Assembly (NCBI GenBank): GCA_036654095.1
Contig: JAVVSR010000001.1
Span: forward strand, 239,165 to 303,164
Origin: Clostridia bacterium
Lineage (GTDB): Bacteria > Bacillota > Clostridia > Christensenellales > CAG-917
Length of the DNA: 64,000 bases
Direction of reading: 5' to 3'
A program made the position numbers and the translations under genes. Each line of letters begins with the position of its first letter. Positions within the stretch are counted from its first letter, which is position 1. Shown here piece by piece: positions 19,521-28,943 of this stretch. The notes under the pieces were generated by a model that worked only from the letters and a program-made list of their open reading frames with translations, ran no database searches and was not told the origin of the DNA.

Positions 19521-20228
19521 CTACATCTTTTTTAAATATTCAACTTCATAGTCTTTAAGGTAACGATACGCCCCGCGACCAAGCCCACCAAGGCGCAAAT
19601 CACCAATAGACACGCGTTTTAAAAAGATAACATCATAACCGATTACCTCAAACATCTTGCGGATTTGACGATTTTTACCCTCATAAATGGTAATTTCATA
19701 ACTTGAAACGTTATCCTTTATTTCTTTAAGCCTAATTTTACTGCGACGAGTCATAACGCCGTCAACTATAACACCCTTACGAATACGCGCTAAGTCACTT
19801 TCGGGAATTTCACCATCGATTTTAGCTAAATAAGTTTTTGGAATTTCATAGCTAGGGTGAGTTAAGCGTTGAGCGAGGTCACCATCATTAGTTAAAAGTA
19901 ACAAACCTTCGCTATCAAAATCAAGCCGTCCAATCGAAAACAACCTTTTGTCTAAATCGACATAATCAAATATTGTTTTTCTATTAAATTCATCTGAAGC
20001 GGTACATACGCAACCCTTAGGTTTGTAAAGCATTATGTAACTAAAATTAGTTTCGGGCTTGACGACATTGCCGTCAACCAAAACCGTATCATTATTTTCA
20101 TTTATCGACATTCCAAGCGTGGTGACGACTTTGCCATTGACGCTAACTCTGCCTTCTTCAATCAGCTTATCCGCGTTACGTCTTGAGCAAACACCCGAAC
20201 TTGCAAGATATTTATTTATTCTAATCAT
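19521..20228 (-). CDS. rluB: Pseudouridine synthase, RsuA/RluB family
   Basis: N-terminal S4 domain (RINKYLASSGVCSRR) and catalytic motif GRLDFDSEGLLLLTNDG. Confidence 0.85.
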   Translation of the reverse strand: MIRINKYLASSGVCSRRNADKLIEEGRVSVNGKVVTTLGMSINENNDTVLVDGNVVKPETNFSYIMLYKPKGCVCTASDEFNRKTIFDYVDLDKRLFSIGRLDFDSEGLLLLTNDGDLAQRLTHPSYEIPKTYLAKIDGEIPESDLARIRKGVIVDGVMTRRSKIRLKEIKDNVSSYEITIYEGKNRQIRKMFEVIGYDVIFLKRVSIGDLRLGGLGRGAYRYLKDYEVEYLKKM

Positions 20229-20229
20229 A

Positions 20230-21387
20230 TTATTCCTTTAATTGCCACTGCTTATATTTGTTGTGACGGATACCAGTAACTTTATCTACACTGTGCATTG
20301 TATAGAATTTTTGACAAAAAATCAAGTAATTACCAATATATATTTTTATATCGCCAACATATTGTCCATTTTCGACAGGCGCCGATATGCTATCGGGTAA
20401 GTTGACATCAATTTTCAACGACTTGTATTCGTCATCGGTTAAAGGGAACATGAAATCGCGGTCAGAATTTATCATAACACGTGGATATTTGCCCTTAATT
20501 ACATTTAGTGTAGATATGTTATCGTTATCAACAATTTTACGCATTTTATAGCGAGAAAATGCGCTATTAAGCATCGACATACTATCATTCCACATATCGC
20601 CGTGATTTAAAACAACCGAAATTAACTGCATACCACCGCGTTCAGCGGCTGATACTAAACATCTACCCGATTTTTTTGTAAAGCCTGTTTTAACTCCATT
20701 TGCGCCATCAAATAATCTTAGCATTTTATTTTTGTTGAAAAGTACCCTTGGAATTTCGCCTGATATTTTAATTTCTTTCGTCGATACAATTTCCTTAAAT
20801 ACATCATGTTCAAATGCGCGCGCAGTTATCAAAGCTAAGTCGTAAGCTGTCGTGTAATGGTTTTCATTGTGTAAACCGTGCGGATTTGTAAAATTACTGT
20901 TTTTTGCGCCACACTCTAGCGCTTTCTTGTTCATAAGTGAAACAAAATTTTCTGTTGTATCGCAAACTGCAAGCGACAACGCGACCGCGCTATCATTTCC
21001 CGACCGCAACATTAAACCATACAAAAGTTCTCGCAAAGAAAGTTCTTCGCCCTCAACAAGATATATTGACGAACCCTCTATCCCAACAGCTTGCTTGGGA
21101 ATTTTAAATTTCGCGTCAAGATTATTTGCCGTTTCTATAACGGTCAAAGCGGTCAAAATTTTTGTTGTGCTAGCCATCGGCAACCTAGCTTTATCGTTTT
21201 GCGAAAAAAGAACTCGTCTTGTACTTTGCTCAATTACAACAGCCCCGCTACCACCGCTAGCATTTGCTACATATTTTTCATCATTATTTACAAAAAACAT
21301 TGAAAAATTAATAATTATTGTTAAAACAACTAATATTATTGTCGCTTTTGAACTACATCTAACGCGCTTTTTATTAAGTTTGTCCAT
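20230..21387 (-). CDS. dacB: D-alanyl-D-alanine carboxypeptidase (PBP5*/DacB-like)
   Basis: Signal anchor, then SxxK (ASTTK), SxN (SGNDS) and KTG motifs. A strong SD (agaggtgg) precedes the ATG at 21387. Confidence 0.85.
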   Translation of the reverse strand: MDKLNKKRVRCSSKATIILVVLTIIINFSMFFVNNDEKYVANASGGSGAVVIEQSTRRVLFSQNDKARLPMASTTKILTALTVIETANNLDAKFKIPKQAVGIEGSSIYLVEGEELSLRELLYGLMLRSGNDSAVALSLAVCDTTENFVSLMNKKALECGAKNSNFTNPHGLHNENHYTTAYDLALITARAFEHDVFKEIVSTKEIKISGEIPRVLFNKNKMLRLFDGANGVKTGFTKKSGRCLVSAAERGGMQLISVVLNHGDMWNDSMSMLNSAFSRYKMRKIVDNDNISTLNVIKGKYPRVMINSDRDFMFPLTDDEYKSLKIDVNLPDSISAPVENGQYVGDIKIYIGNYLIFCQKFYTMHSVDKVTGIRHNKYKQWQLKE

Positions 21388-21713
21388 TTATCTTTTTCCA
21401 CCTCTTTGTCGATTTTAATAAATTCAGTCTTTTCGCCACATACTAAAAAACCTATCGGAATTATCGAAACACCTGCTCCGCTTCCACCAAAACTATTTTG
21501 CTCGGGTTTTTGCAACTTTCCATTAAATTCGCTTCCACCGCCAACAAATCCTAAGCTAACGCGCGATATTGGAATAATTATAGTTTCACGGTCAATATTT
21601 ATCGGCTTGCCCACAACGTTATTTACATCAATTAATGTTTTAAGATTTTCTAACGTTGAACGCAAAATAGCTTCAACTTGATTTTTACTTTCAGAACAAC
21701 AATTTTCTGCCAT
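21336..21713 (-). CDS. ytfJ: Sporulation protein YtfJ (GerW family)
   Basis: LENLKTLIDVNNVVGKPI, IIIPISRVSLGFVGGGSEF and GGSGAGVSIIPIGFLV match the YtfJ pattern closely. Confidence 0.85.
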   Translation of the reverse strand: MAENCCSESKNQVEAILRSTLENLKTLIDVNNVVGKPINIDRETIIIPISRVSLGFVGGGSEFNGKLQKPEQNSFGGSGAGVSIIPIGFLVCGEKTEFIKIDKEVEKDKWTNLIKSALDVVQKRQ

Positions 21714-21885
21714 ATTTACTCCTTAACGTACCTGTATTTGTATTGTTTAATAATTGTATTCTTATATAACAGCTTATAATTGAAAACATTTTATTAATTA
21801 TTTAAAAATAAAATTAACGTAAACTTAATATAAATATTTTATAGACTTTTTATAATAAAAAATATATTGTGTAATATCCGCGCTT

Positions 21886-22455
21886 TTATCCATTTTCAAC
21901 ATTCTTTTTGTATATTTTGTTTTTAATTAAAATCACAATTAAGTCAAATACCGTAAATGTAAACTTGGTTTTAATATCTAGAGTGCCGCACGAAACATCA
22001 TAGTTTGGATATGCTTTAAAACTATTTTGTTTTATATTAAAAATATTTATAATTTGACCATAAATATTACGGATATTAGCAATCACCAACGCTGTATTAT
22101 AGGCATCATTATTTGCGCCATATTTAAAATTAGAATATACACTTTTAACATTAAATTTATAAAATAAACTTAAAAAAATGTTTATTTTAAGTTTATTGTC
22201 AGTTTTTTTTGTACTTTTATTAACCGTTAAACCGTTTCTACCATTTATTGAATACATCAAACTTTCATTTTCAAAGTAAAGCCTAAGTTTTATTAAATTG
22301 TCCTTTAAAATCCCTATTTTTAAAATAACAGTTTTTCTATCTAAATCAAAGTATACCGATGTTGAAATCAATATCGGTGTAAATAAAATTAACGTTAATA
22401 TTAATATAACAATAGCAATTAAAAAAACCGTCATATAGATATTTTGTCTATACAA
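21886..22455 (-). CDS. Membrane-anchored protein, possibly YtfI/DUF2953-like
   Basis: N-terminal TM helix. Its position immediately upstream of ytfJ matches the B. subtilis ytfI-ytfJ arrangement. Direct similarity is weak (GANNDAYNTALVIANI region). Confidence 0.4.
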   Translation of the reverse strand: MYRQNIYMTVFLIAIVILILTLILFTPILISTSVYFDLDRKTVILKIGILKDNLIKLRLYFENESLMYSINGRNGLTVNKSTKKTDNKLKINIFLSLFYKFNVKSVYSNFKYGANNDAYNTALVIANIRNIYGQIINIFNIKQNSFKAYPNYDVSCGTLDIKTKFTFTVFDLIVILIKNKIYKKNVENG

Positions 22456-22553
22456 CGGTTTTTTATGTATTAATGTTTTAAATTCGCTAGTGACTTGAAT
22501 AATAAAAAAATTTTATTAACAAATAATGTTTAAATTAAACAAATAAATATGTA

Positions 22554-23312
22554 CTAATTAAATTCCTCATAATCTTCATCTTTAAGAAAATCAGGTATTT
22601 CATCAAAATCCTCATTGTCTTCATTATTGTTTTCATCAACATCTTGATTATCAATAGTTGCAGCGGCTTCTGCTTGGACAAGATTTTCGGCATTTCTTCC
22701 GCCGGTTACTATCAAATCAGGTTCTTCGTCAGAAAGTTTGTGGTCAAAATATAAGCTATCGCGATTAGTTGCATTGAAGTTTTGGTCAAGCCTTGTAATA
22801 CGCTCAAGAACTTCTTTAAAGTCGGGTAAAGTGTCAATAGATTCAATTTGAAATTTTCTTAAAAATTCTTCAGTTGTTCCAAATAGAATTGGGCGTCCAA
22901 CTGCATCTTTGCGTCCCTTAACCTCAATTAGGTTAATTTTCATAAGCATTGAAAGCGCGTAATCGGGGTCTTTACCCTTAATTTCCTCAATTTCAAGCCT
23001 AGTAATTGGTTGTTTGTACGCAACAATCGACAAAACCTCAAGTAAACTTTGCGACAATGCTTTTTCGCGGATTGGAGTAAGCACTTCTGCGAGAGTGTCG
23101 CCATATTTTTGATTGGTTGAAAACTGCAATTTGTCGTTAAATGTAAGCAACAATATGCCACTATCGCCACTGTACTTTAATTTTAAGTCTTCAACAATCT
23201 TATTAAGTTCGCGCGTGGTAAGCGCGGGAATATGTTCAATTAAGTCTTTTTTTGACAGCGGTTCGCCCGATGCGAAAATCAATGCTTCAACTATTTCCTG
23301 AATATTTTGCAA
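22554..23312 (-). CDS. scpB: Segregation and condensation protein B
   Basis: N-terminus EALIFASGEPLS, wHTH repeats VAYKQPITRLEIEEI.G and VGRPILFGTT, plus an acidic tail. Confidence 0.9.
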   Translation of the reverse strand: MQNIQEIVEALIFASGEPLSKKDLIEHIPALTTRELNKIVEDLKLKYSGDSGILLLTFNDKLQFSTNQKYGDTLAEVLTPIREKALSQSLLEVLSIVAYKQPITRLEIEEIKGKDPDYALSMLMKINLIEVKGRKDAVGRPILFGTTEEFLRKFQIESIDTLPDFKEVLERITRLDQNFNATNRDSLYFDHKLSDEEPDLIVTGGRNAENLVQAEAAATIDNQDVDENNNEDNEDFDEIPDFLKDEDYEEFN

Positions 23313-24186
23313 GTTCCTTTTCCTCCTCTGAAATGATTATTGGAGCCTCAATACCTTCCCTTAGACAAATTTCAATATTAGAAAAAGCCTCATTTTGCAC
23401 AACGGTGATAACTTGCCGCTTAAGCAGTTCCAACATTGCTAAAAAGGTATTTATTGCTTCAAGTTTATTGAAATCGTCTTCAAGTAAGTCAAATAACATA
23501 ACCTTTTTTTCTTCAAAAACACGCTGGCTTATGTAATTCATTCGATTTGAAACCGAAAACCGTTCCTTCATTATTTTTTTCGGAATAGCCTGTTGTTCCT
23601 TTCTTTCTATGCGGTGCATAAGCATAGCGTACGCATCAAGCATCTTTCCAAAATCGAAATCTTTAATTGCAATACGATAATCCTCGTCAGTATAGACGGG
23701 TAACCTATAAAAACGATTAATAGTTTCAAGTCCGCGCAATTTTTCAGCCATCTGCTTAAACATCTCATACTCTTGCAAACGCCTAATTAAGCTGTCGCCC
23801 GGCAATTCACCTGTTTCAATTTCGGCCTGCTCGGTTGGTATTAAACGCTTAGATTTGTATTCAATAAGCTCGGCCGCCATCGAAATAAAATCGCCCGCAT
23901 ACTCAATTTCACTTTCGTCCCAATCTTGAAGTGGTTTAATAATATCTAAATATTGCTGAGTTATATCGGCTACAAATATCTCCTCAATTTGAATTCTGTT
24001 GCGTTTAATCAAATACAACAACAAGTCAAGAGGCCCTTCATATAACGATAAATCAAAACGATAATCTTTTTTGTTTTCAAAAACGTCATCATCGTCGCCG
24101 TACAGCAAACTTTCAACAGCAATTACTCTGCCGTCAACCACGCGAAAATACTCATCATCTTTTTTTGAAAACTTTTTGATATCCAT
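23287..24186 (-). CDS. scpA: Segregation and condensation protein A
   Basis: FEGPLDLLLYLI motif. The start was set at MDIKKF (ATG 24184-24186), which forms a TAATG overlap with the upstream M50 gene and has a ggag SD. Confidence 0.9.
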   Translation of the reverse strand: MDIKKFSKKDDEYFRVVDGRVIAVESLLYGDDDDVFENKKDYRFDLSLYEGPLDLLLYLIKRNRIQIEEIFVADITQQYLDIIKPLQDWDESEIEYAGDFISMAAELIEYKSKRLIPTEQAEIETGELPGDSLIRRLQEYEMFKQMAEKLRGLETINRFYRLPVYTDEDYRIAIKDFDFGKMLDAYAMLMHRIERKEQQAIPKKIMKERFSVSNRMNYISQRVFEEKKVMLFDLLEDDFNKLEAINTFLAMLELLKRQVITVVQNEAFSNIEICLREGIEAPIIISEEEKELAKYSGNS

Positions 24187-24908
24187 TAAAAGCCTACTCC
24201 GACAAATATTGTACCCCAAATTGCCTGAAATATTTTATTGATAAGATTTTGTACAGCTGAAAAATACAAACTGAATATATCCCATTGCGCGGGTAAAAAA
24301 CTGCTTATTATCAATACGCCAAGCAAAATAAACGAGCCATAATGATACATAAATTTCACATAGCCATTGGTTGGCTTTGTAAAACTTTCAACAACTCGAA
24401 AACCGTCAAGCGGATAAATTGGTAAAATATTAAACGCAATCAGCGAGCCATTTAACATAACCGAAATATAGAAAAAGTAATATAGTAATTTGTAAATTAC
24501 GGTAAAAATCGTGGAATTTAAAACCGCTTGTTCGGGTATTAACAGCAACAAACAGAGTATGCCAAACGATAAAAATGCCACAACAAAATTCATTATCACG
24601 CCTGCAATCGCCGTCGTGAATATACCAACTTTTTTATTTTCAAAATTGCTTGAATTAATTGGCACGGGCTTTGCCCAACCAAAGCCAACAAAAACAAACA
24701 TTAAAAGCCCAATCGGGTCAAAGTGCGCGCGTGGATTAAGCGTAAGCCTACCCTGAAGTTTGGCGGTTAAGTCGCCATTTTTTAAAGCAACCCAAGCGTG
24801 CGCCCATTCGTGAAGCATAATTGCAAACATAGCCGCTCCAACAAATGCTACTAAAAAAATAAACTTGTCCTGAATGGACATATTTGAACCTAAAATATTA
24901 AATATCAT
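24186..24908 (-). CDS. Site-2 protease family (peptidase M50) membrane metalloprotease
   Basis: HEWAHAW (HExxH) in a TM helix plus the NILPIYPLDG motif. Confidence 0.8.
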   Translation of the reverse strand: MIFNILGSNMSIQDKFIFLVAFVGAAMFAIMLHEWAHAWVALKNGDLTAKLQGRLTLNPRAHFDPIGLLMFVFVGFGWAKPVPINSSNFENKKVGIFTTAIAGVIMNFVVAFLSFGILCLLLLIPEQAVLNSTIFTVIYKLLYYFFYISVMLNGSLIAFNILPIYPLDGFRVVESFTKPTNGYVKFMYHYGSFILLGVLIISSFLPAQWDIFSLYFSAVQNLINKIFQAIWGTIFVGVGF

Positions 24909-26248
24909 TTTTTATCCTTTAAATTGCGTTCATTAAGCCAAGATGGAACGCATTGATTTCGTATTAAATCGTCATAAGTTTGCGGACGAACAATAAATTC
25001 AGCCTTGCCATTCAAAACCAAAACTACTGGCGGAACAAAATTGCCATTATAATTGCTGCTCATTGAATAGTTGTACGCGCCAGTGGAAAACACTGCCATA
25101 ATATCACCGCGTTCAGGCGGTTGTAAACTAACATCTTTCGATATTATATCACCGCTTTCGCAACACTTCCCGGCAATAGTAACAATTTCAGTTTGCTTTT
25201 CTAAAGCGCGATTAGCAATAGTCGCGCTATACTTTGCGCCATACAATGCAAACCTCGGATTTTCAAACATTCCGCCATCAATCGATACATATTTTCGTAC
25301 ATTAGGTATATTTTTAATTGAACCTACTGTGTACAAAGTCACTCCTGCCTCGCCTACCAACGCGCGACCGGGTTCTAAAATCAATTTAGGCTTAACTAAC
25401 CCCTTGTCAGATATACACATCAACACCTTTTTACAAATTGTCGATATATAATTGCAATACAATTCAGGATTACACTGCACGTCTTCATTAGTATATGTAA
25501 CACCAAATCCACCGCCTAAGTTAATCGCTTCACACGAAATGCCTCTATCTGAAAGCCTTTTCATATAATTAGTCAAAATATCAATGGCTAAAATAAACGG
25601 TTCGGTATCGAAAATTTGCGAACCAATGTGAATATGTAAACCATAAAAATATAAGTTTGTATAATTTCGTATTTTATCAATAATCTCGTCCAATTTTGGA
25701 TTGTCAATTTGAATACCAAATTTACTGTCAACATTAGCAGTTTGTATAAACTCGTGAGTATGCGCCTCGACACCGGGGTTTACTCGTATCATAATACGCT
25801 GAACTCTATTATATTTTTTTGCAAGGTTATTAATGTAAATAAGCTCATCTTCGCTTTCAATAACGATAGTGCCAATTCCATTTTTAATTGCAAGGTCAAG
25901 TTCGTCAAGCCCTTTATTGTTGCCGTGAAAAAAAGCATTTTCCAAATTAAAACCAGCGCGTAAAGCGGTATAGGCTTCGCCACCCGAAACGATATCGGTT
26001 GATAATCCCAAATCCTTAAGCAACGCGTACATAGCTACGCAAGAAAATGCTTTTGATGCAAACGCTACCTCGCTGTTGCCATATACGTCAAGCAAAGTTT
26101 GTTTGTAGATAGAAGCAACTTCACGAATATACGCCTCGTCCATAATATATAGCGGAGTGCCATAAGCATTGGCAAGTTCAACCGCATCGCAACCGCCAAT
26201 TTCAAGATGACCTAGCTTATTTATTTTTAACGTTTCTCTAGTATTCAT
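24905..26248 (-). CDS. lysA: Diaminopimelate decarboxylase
   Basis: Orn/DAP/Arg decarboxylase family features: AFASKAF (PLP Lys), HIHIGSQ, GGGFGV, CESGD, and YNY near the C-terminus. Confidence 0.92.
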   Translation of the reverse strand: MNTRETLKINKLGHLEIGGCDAVELANAYGTPLYIMDEAYIREVASIYKQTLLDVYGNSEVAFASKAFSCVAMYALLKDLGLSTDIVSGGEAYTALRAGFNLENAFFHGNNKGLDELDLAIKNGIGTIVIESEDELIYINNLAKKYNRVQRIMIRVNPGVEAHTHEFIQTANVDSKFGIQIDNPKLDEIIDKIRNYTNLYFYGLHIHIGSQIFDTEPFILAIDILTNYMKRLSDRGISCEAINLGGGFGVTYTNEDVQCNPELYCNYISTICKKVLMCISDKGLVKPKLILEPGRALVGEAGVTLYTVGSIKNIPNVRKYVSIDGGMFENPRFALYGAKYSATIANRALEKQTEIVTIAGKCCESGDIISKDVSLQPPERGDIMAVFSTGAYNYSMSSNYNGNFVPPVVLVLNGKAEFIVRPQTYDDLIRNQCVPSWLNERNLKDKK

Positions 26249-26342
26249 AATACCTCAAAATAAAATTATGTAATTTATTTTAACAAAATTGCGACACAAT
26301 GTCAATATAAATATACTAATGTAAAAAACATTGTAACATAAC

Positions 26343-26372
26343 ATAAAAATAAAGGCGGAATTTCCGCCTTTA
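26343..26372 (-). terminator. Rho-independent terminator after the dacF-like gene
   Basis: The stem ggcgga (26354-26359) with tccgcc (26363-26368) is followed by a U-rich tract on the minus strand. Confidence 0.8.
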
Positions 26373-26402
26373 TTAAACAAATGCTATTTTGTAGTTAAAC
26401 GT

Positions 26403-27563
26403 TTACCAATTATCGGTAATTCGCCTAATAATATCCATAAAACTAGCTTTTTCAATAGTTTCGTTAGCAATTAAATCAATTTCGTCAATAACAACGCCCT
26501 TTTTAATTACGACCGCCTTTCCTATTACGTCGCCAGCGCTGATTTTCGCAATAACGCTTGTTGGAAGTTCAAATTTAACTTCAATTTCCGCATTATCTCC
26601 ACGTTTCGTAAAGGCTGTAATATTCTTTTTAGGAACAATTTGAATAGTAGATTTTTTACCTTTTAGAACTTCTACCGAATTGGCTATTTCGGTATTCATA
26701 TTATACAAAACTTTGTTTTCATATGCTCCAAAAGCATAGTTAAACATATTAGATACTTCTTTAAAACGTGTTTTTGAATCGGGAGAGCCAATAATGGTTG
26801 AAACAATACGCATATCTCCACGTTTGGCAGATGCAGCTAAACAGAACATAGCTTCATTTGTAAATCCTGTTTTGCCCGAGTCACAACCTTTATAAAATCT
26901 TGTAAGTTTATTTGTGTTTGTAATTGTGGTGATACGTCCGTCTGGATGAGTATAATCCTCTAACCAAACTTTGCAAAACTCAAAATATTTGTCGTGTTTT
27001 AAAAGCTCGCTAAGCATTACCGAAACATCTTTTGCCGTCGAATGTTGGTTTAATGCAGGTAATCCCGTACAGTTAGCGAAAATTGTATTTTCCATTTTTA
27101 ACTCTTTCGCCCTATTATTCATCATCTTCACAAAACCGCTTTCACTGCCACCTAATCTTTCGGCTAGCGCGTGACTGCTGTCATTAGCCGAAGCAACAAC
27201 AACACTCTTTAAAAGGTTATACACCGTATGCTTTGAATTAGCCGATAAAAACAACTGAGAACCGCCCATCGACGCGCTTTCAGAACTAATTGTAATTTCA
27301 TCATTAAGCGAAAGCTTTTTACTATCAATGGCTTCAAATGTCAACAATGAAGTCATAATCTTAACCATACTTGCAATCGGAAGTTTTTCATTTTCGTTTT
27401 TTGCAAATATTACTGTTTTGGTATCAAAATCCATTACATAAGCTGATTTTGCGGTTATCTCAATGGATTCATTTGCGCTTGCGTTGTCGCTAGTGTTATA
27501 AAAACAAAAACCAAAACTTAGCATTATTACGGATATGGACATAATTAAAATTGCTTTTTTCAT
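26403..27563 (-). CDS. D-alanyl-D-alanine carboxypeptidase (DacA/DacF-like)
   Basis: Signal peptide, then SxxK (ASMVK), SxN (SANDS) and KTG motifs. Confidence 0.85.
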   Translation of the reverse strand: MKKAILIMSISVIMLSFGFCFYNTSDNASANESIEITAKSAYVMDFDTKTVIFAKNENEKLPIASMVKIMTSLLTFEAIDSKKLSLNDEITISSESASMGGSQLFLSANSKHTVYNLLKSVVVASANDSSHALAERLGGSESGFVKMMNNRAKELKMENTIFANCTGLPALNQHSTAKDVSVMLSELLKHDKYFEFCKVWLEDYTHPDGRITTITNTNKLTRFYKGCDSGKTGFTNEAMFCLAASAKRGDMRIVSTIIGSPDSKTRFKEVSNMFNYAFGAYENKVLYNMNTEIANSVEVLKGKKSTIQIVPKKNITAFTKRGDNAEIEVKFELPTSVIAKISAGDVIGKAVVIKKGVVIDEIDLIANETIEKASFMDIIRRITDNW

Positions 27564-27772
27564 AATTTACCTCACACGACTAGTTTTAGTGAAAATTATG
27601 TTTTTATTCAAAAAAATGTAAAGCAAATTTTAATAGCAAAATATTTTACAAAATATATTAATTTTTATATTGAAAGTAAACAATTTAAGCTTGTACGAAA
27701 TGCACAAAATATTTGTTTTTTATTAATTTTAAAATACCTATTTTAATTTATACATATTAAATATAAACTATT

Positions 27773-28360
27773 TTATGATATATATCGTGGACTAATTACA
27801 TTAATTAAATTACCAAAAATTAAAACATATATAACCAAAACAGCTAAATTTATTAAGAATATGATTAATAAAGACCTATAAATTGTATTTCTAATATTTC
27901 CGCAAGAGTTGCACGAACTGTAACTTGACGAATGACAACTATACCCAATTATAATTCTAAAAATTATGCACATCATTAAAAACGTAAATAACATCGTAGG
28001 TATATAAATTAGCAATGCGCTAATAATCGCTCGAAAAACTGAAATTGAAAATATTATTGCAAACGCTTCTCCAATTTTATATCCAAATAAAAAAAACGCC
28101 AGCCACCCTAAAAAAATACATTTAGAAGTAATTGACGCTATTAAAAATAATATATAGATACAAATAAGTAACAGCAAGTACCAAAGTAAAACATATGCAA
28201 CTCCATAGCAGGGTTCAATGTCGTTTAGATTTCCTATGTATAGCGCGCCAAATATAATGCCTAGAAGCATTATGGAAGCCGAACACAAAATTAATGATTT
28301 ATTTTCGCAAAAGAAATCCTTAACCACATATAATATCTGTTGCTTTTTATAAACTTTCAC
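27773..28360 (-). CDS. Polytopic membrane protein, possibly SpoIIM-like
   Basis: About 5 TM helices. The N-terminal organisation (short cytosolic lead, then LLGIIFGALYIG) and the LLIYIPTML segment resemble SpoIIM/DUF95. One loop is Cys/Ser-rich (CHSSSYSSCNSCGN). The similarity was judged by eye only. Confidence 0.35.
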   Translation of the reverse strand: MKVYKKQQILYVVKDFFCENKSLILCSASIMLLGIIFGALYIGNLNDIEPCYGVAYVLLWYLLLLICIYILFLIASITSKCIFLGWLAFFLFGYKIGEAFAIIFSISVFRAIISALLIYIPTMLFTFLMMCIIFRIIIGYSCHSSSYSSCNSCGNIRNTIYRSLLIIFLINLAVLVIYVLIFGNLINVISPRYIS

Positions 28361-28422
28361 ATAACAAGATATGTTAAACTACTTAATTTTATGCATAAGA
28401 CAATATTGGATTTTTTATTAAA

Positions 28423-28782
28423 TTACATGATATTATTTGACAGTTCGCCCGCGCGACATTTAAGCGACATCAATGCAGTTAATATAAACTGCTTATTTGA
28501 TGGTTTTCCTTTTTTCATATCAATAGTTTCACCAAATTCATCGTAAAGCGCCTGAACGTCGCCCTTTAGCCAAGCCGTTGAAATGGCATTTTGCACATCT
28601 TTTTCAATAGCAGAAATCGATTTGTTATATTTTTTTGAAAGCTCAACATATCCAACGTACTTTAAGGGTAAAATTTCAATATCATAAAGCGCGCTTTTAA
28701 TAATATCAAAAAGATATCGGTATCCTAGTTTATTAGGTACAAATCCTAACCTTAATAAATATTCCGTTATTAGTTTTTCCAT
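28423..28782 (-). CDS. Stand-alone Spo0A C-terminal (DNA-binding) domain protein with no receiver domain
   Basis: The 119-aa ORF aligns without gaps to the B. subtilis Spo0A C-domain (recalled from memory). LGYRYLFDII matches KGYLYLREAI; SAIEKDVQNAISTAW matches SRVERAIRHAIEVAW; KGKPSNKQFILTALMSL matches KAKPTNSEFIAMVADKL. A ggagga SD precedes the ATG. The gene sits in the canonical slot downstream of spoIVB. Confidence 0.8.
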   Translation of the reverse strand: MEKLITEYLLRLGFVPNKLGYRYLFDIIKSALYDIEILPLKYVGYVELSKKYNKSISAIEKDVQNAISTAWLKGDVQALYDEFGETIDMKKGKPSNKQFILTALMSLKCRAGELSNNIM

Positions 28783-28883
28783 ATAAGTCCTCCAACTTTA
28801 AGATAACATATATTTGTAAAACATTTTTGAAATATTTTGCACTATTTAATCAAATTTCAATGGTTTTTGTTGCAGGCTTTCAA

Positions 28884-28920
28884 AATAAAAAACGCAACTT
28901 AAAATTTAAGTAGCGTTTTT
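28884..28920 (-). terminator. Rho-independent terminator after spoIVB
   Basis: The stem aacgc..actta / taagt..gcgtt (28891-28917) is followed on the minus strand by UUUUAUUUU. Confidence 0.75.
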
Positions 28921-28943
28921 ATAAAGCATAACAATAATTTATT

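Noticed and set aside
20867-21418. A 183-aa antisense ORF opposite dacB. Similar long shadow ORFs lie opposite spoIIIAA (45008-45481), the lipoprotein gene (48216-48701), the decarboxylase beta subunit (16090-16500 and 16615-16959) and others.
   Set aside because: None has a recognisable motif or an SD, and all lie fully inside genes with strong homology on the other strand. They are typical shadow ORFs.
26249-26402. A possible lysine riboswitch upstream of lysA. Purine or ZTP riboswitches upstream of purB and folD were also considered.
   Set aside because: The spacers are too short (154, 68 and 32 nt) and AT-rich, with only simple terminator hairpins. None can hold the multi-stem architectures of these riboswitches.
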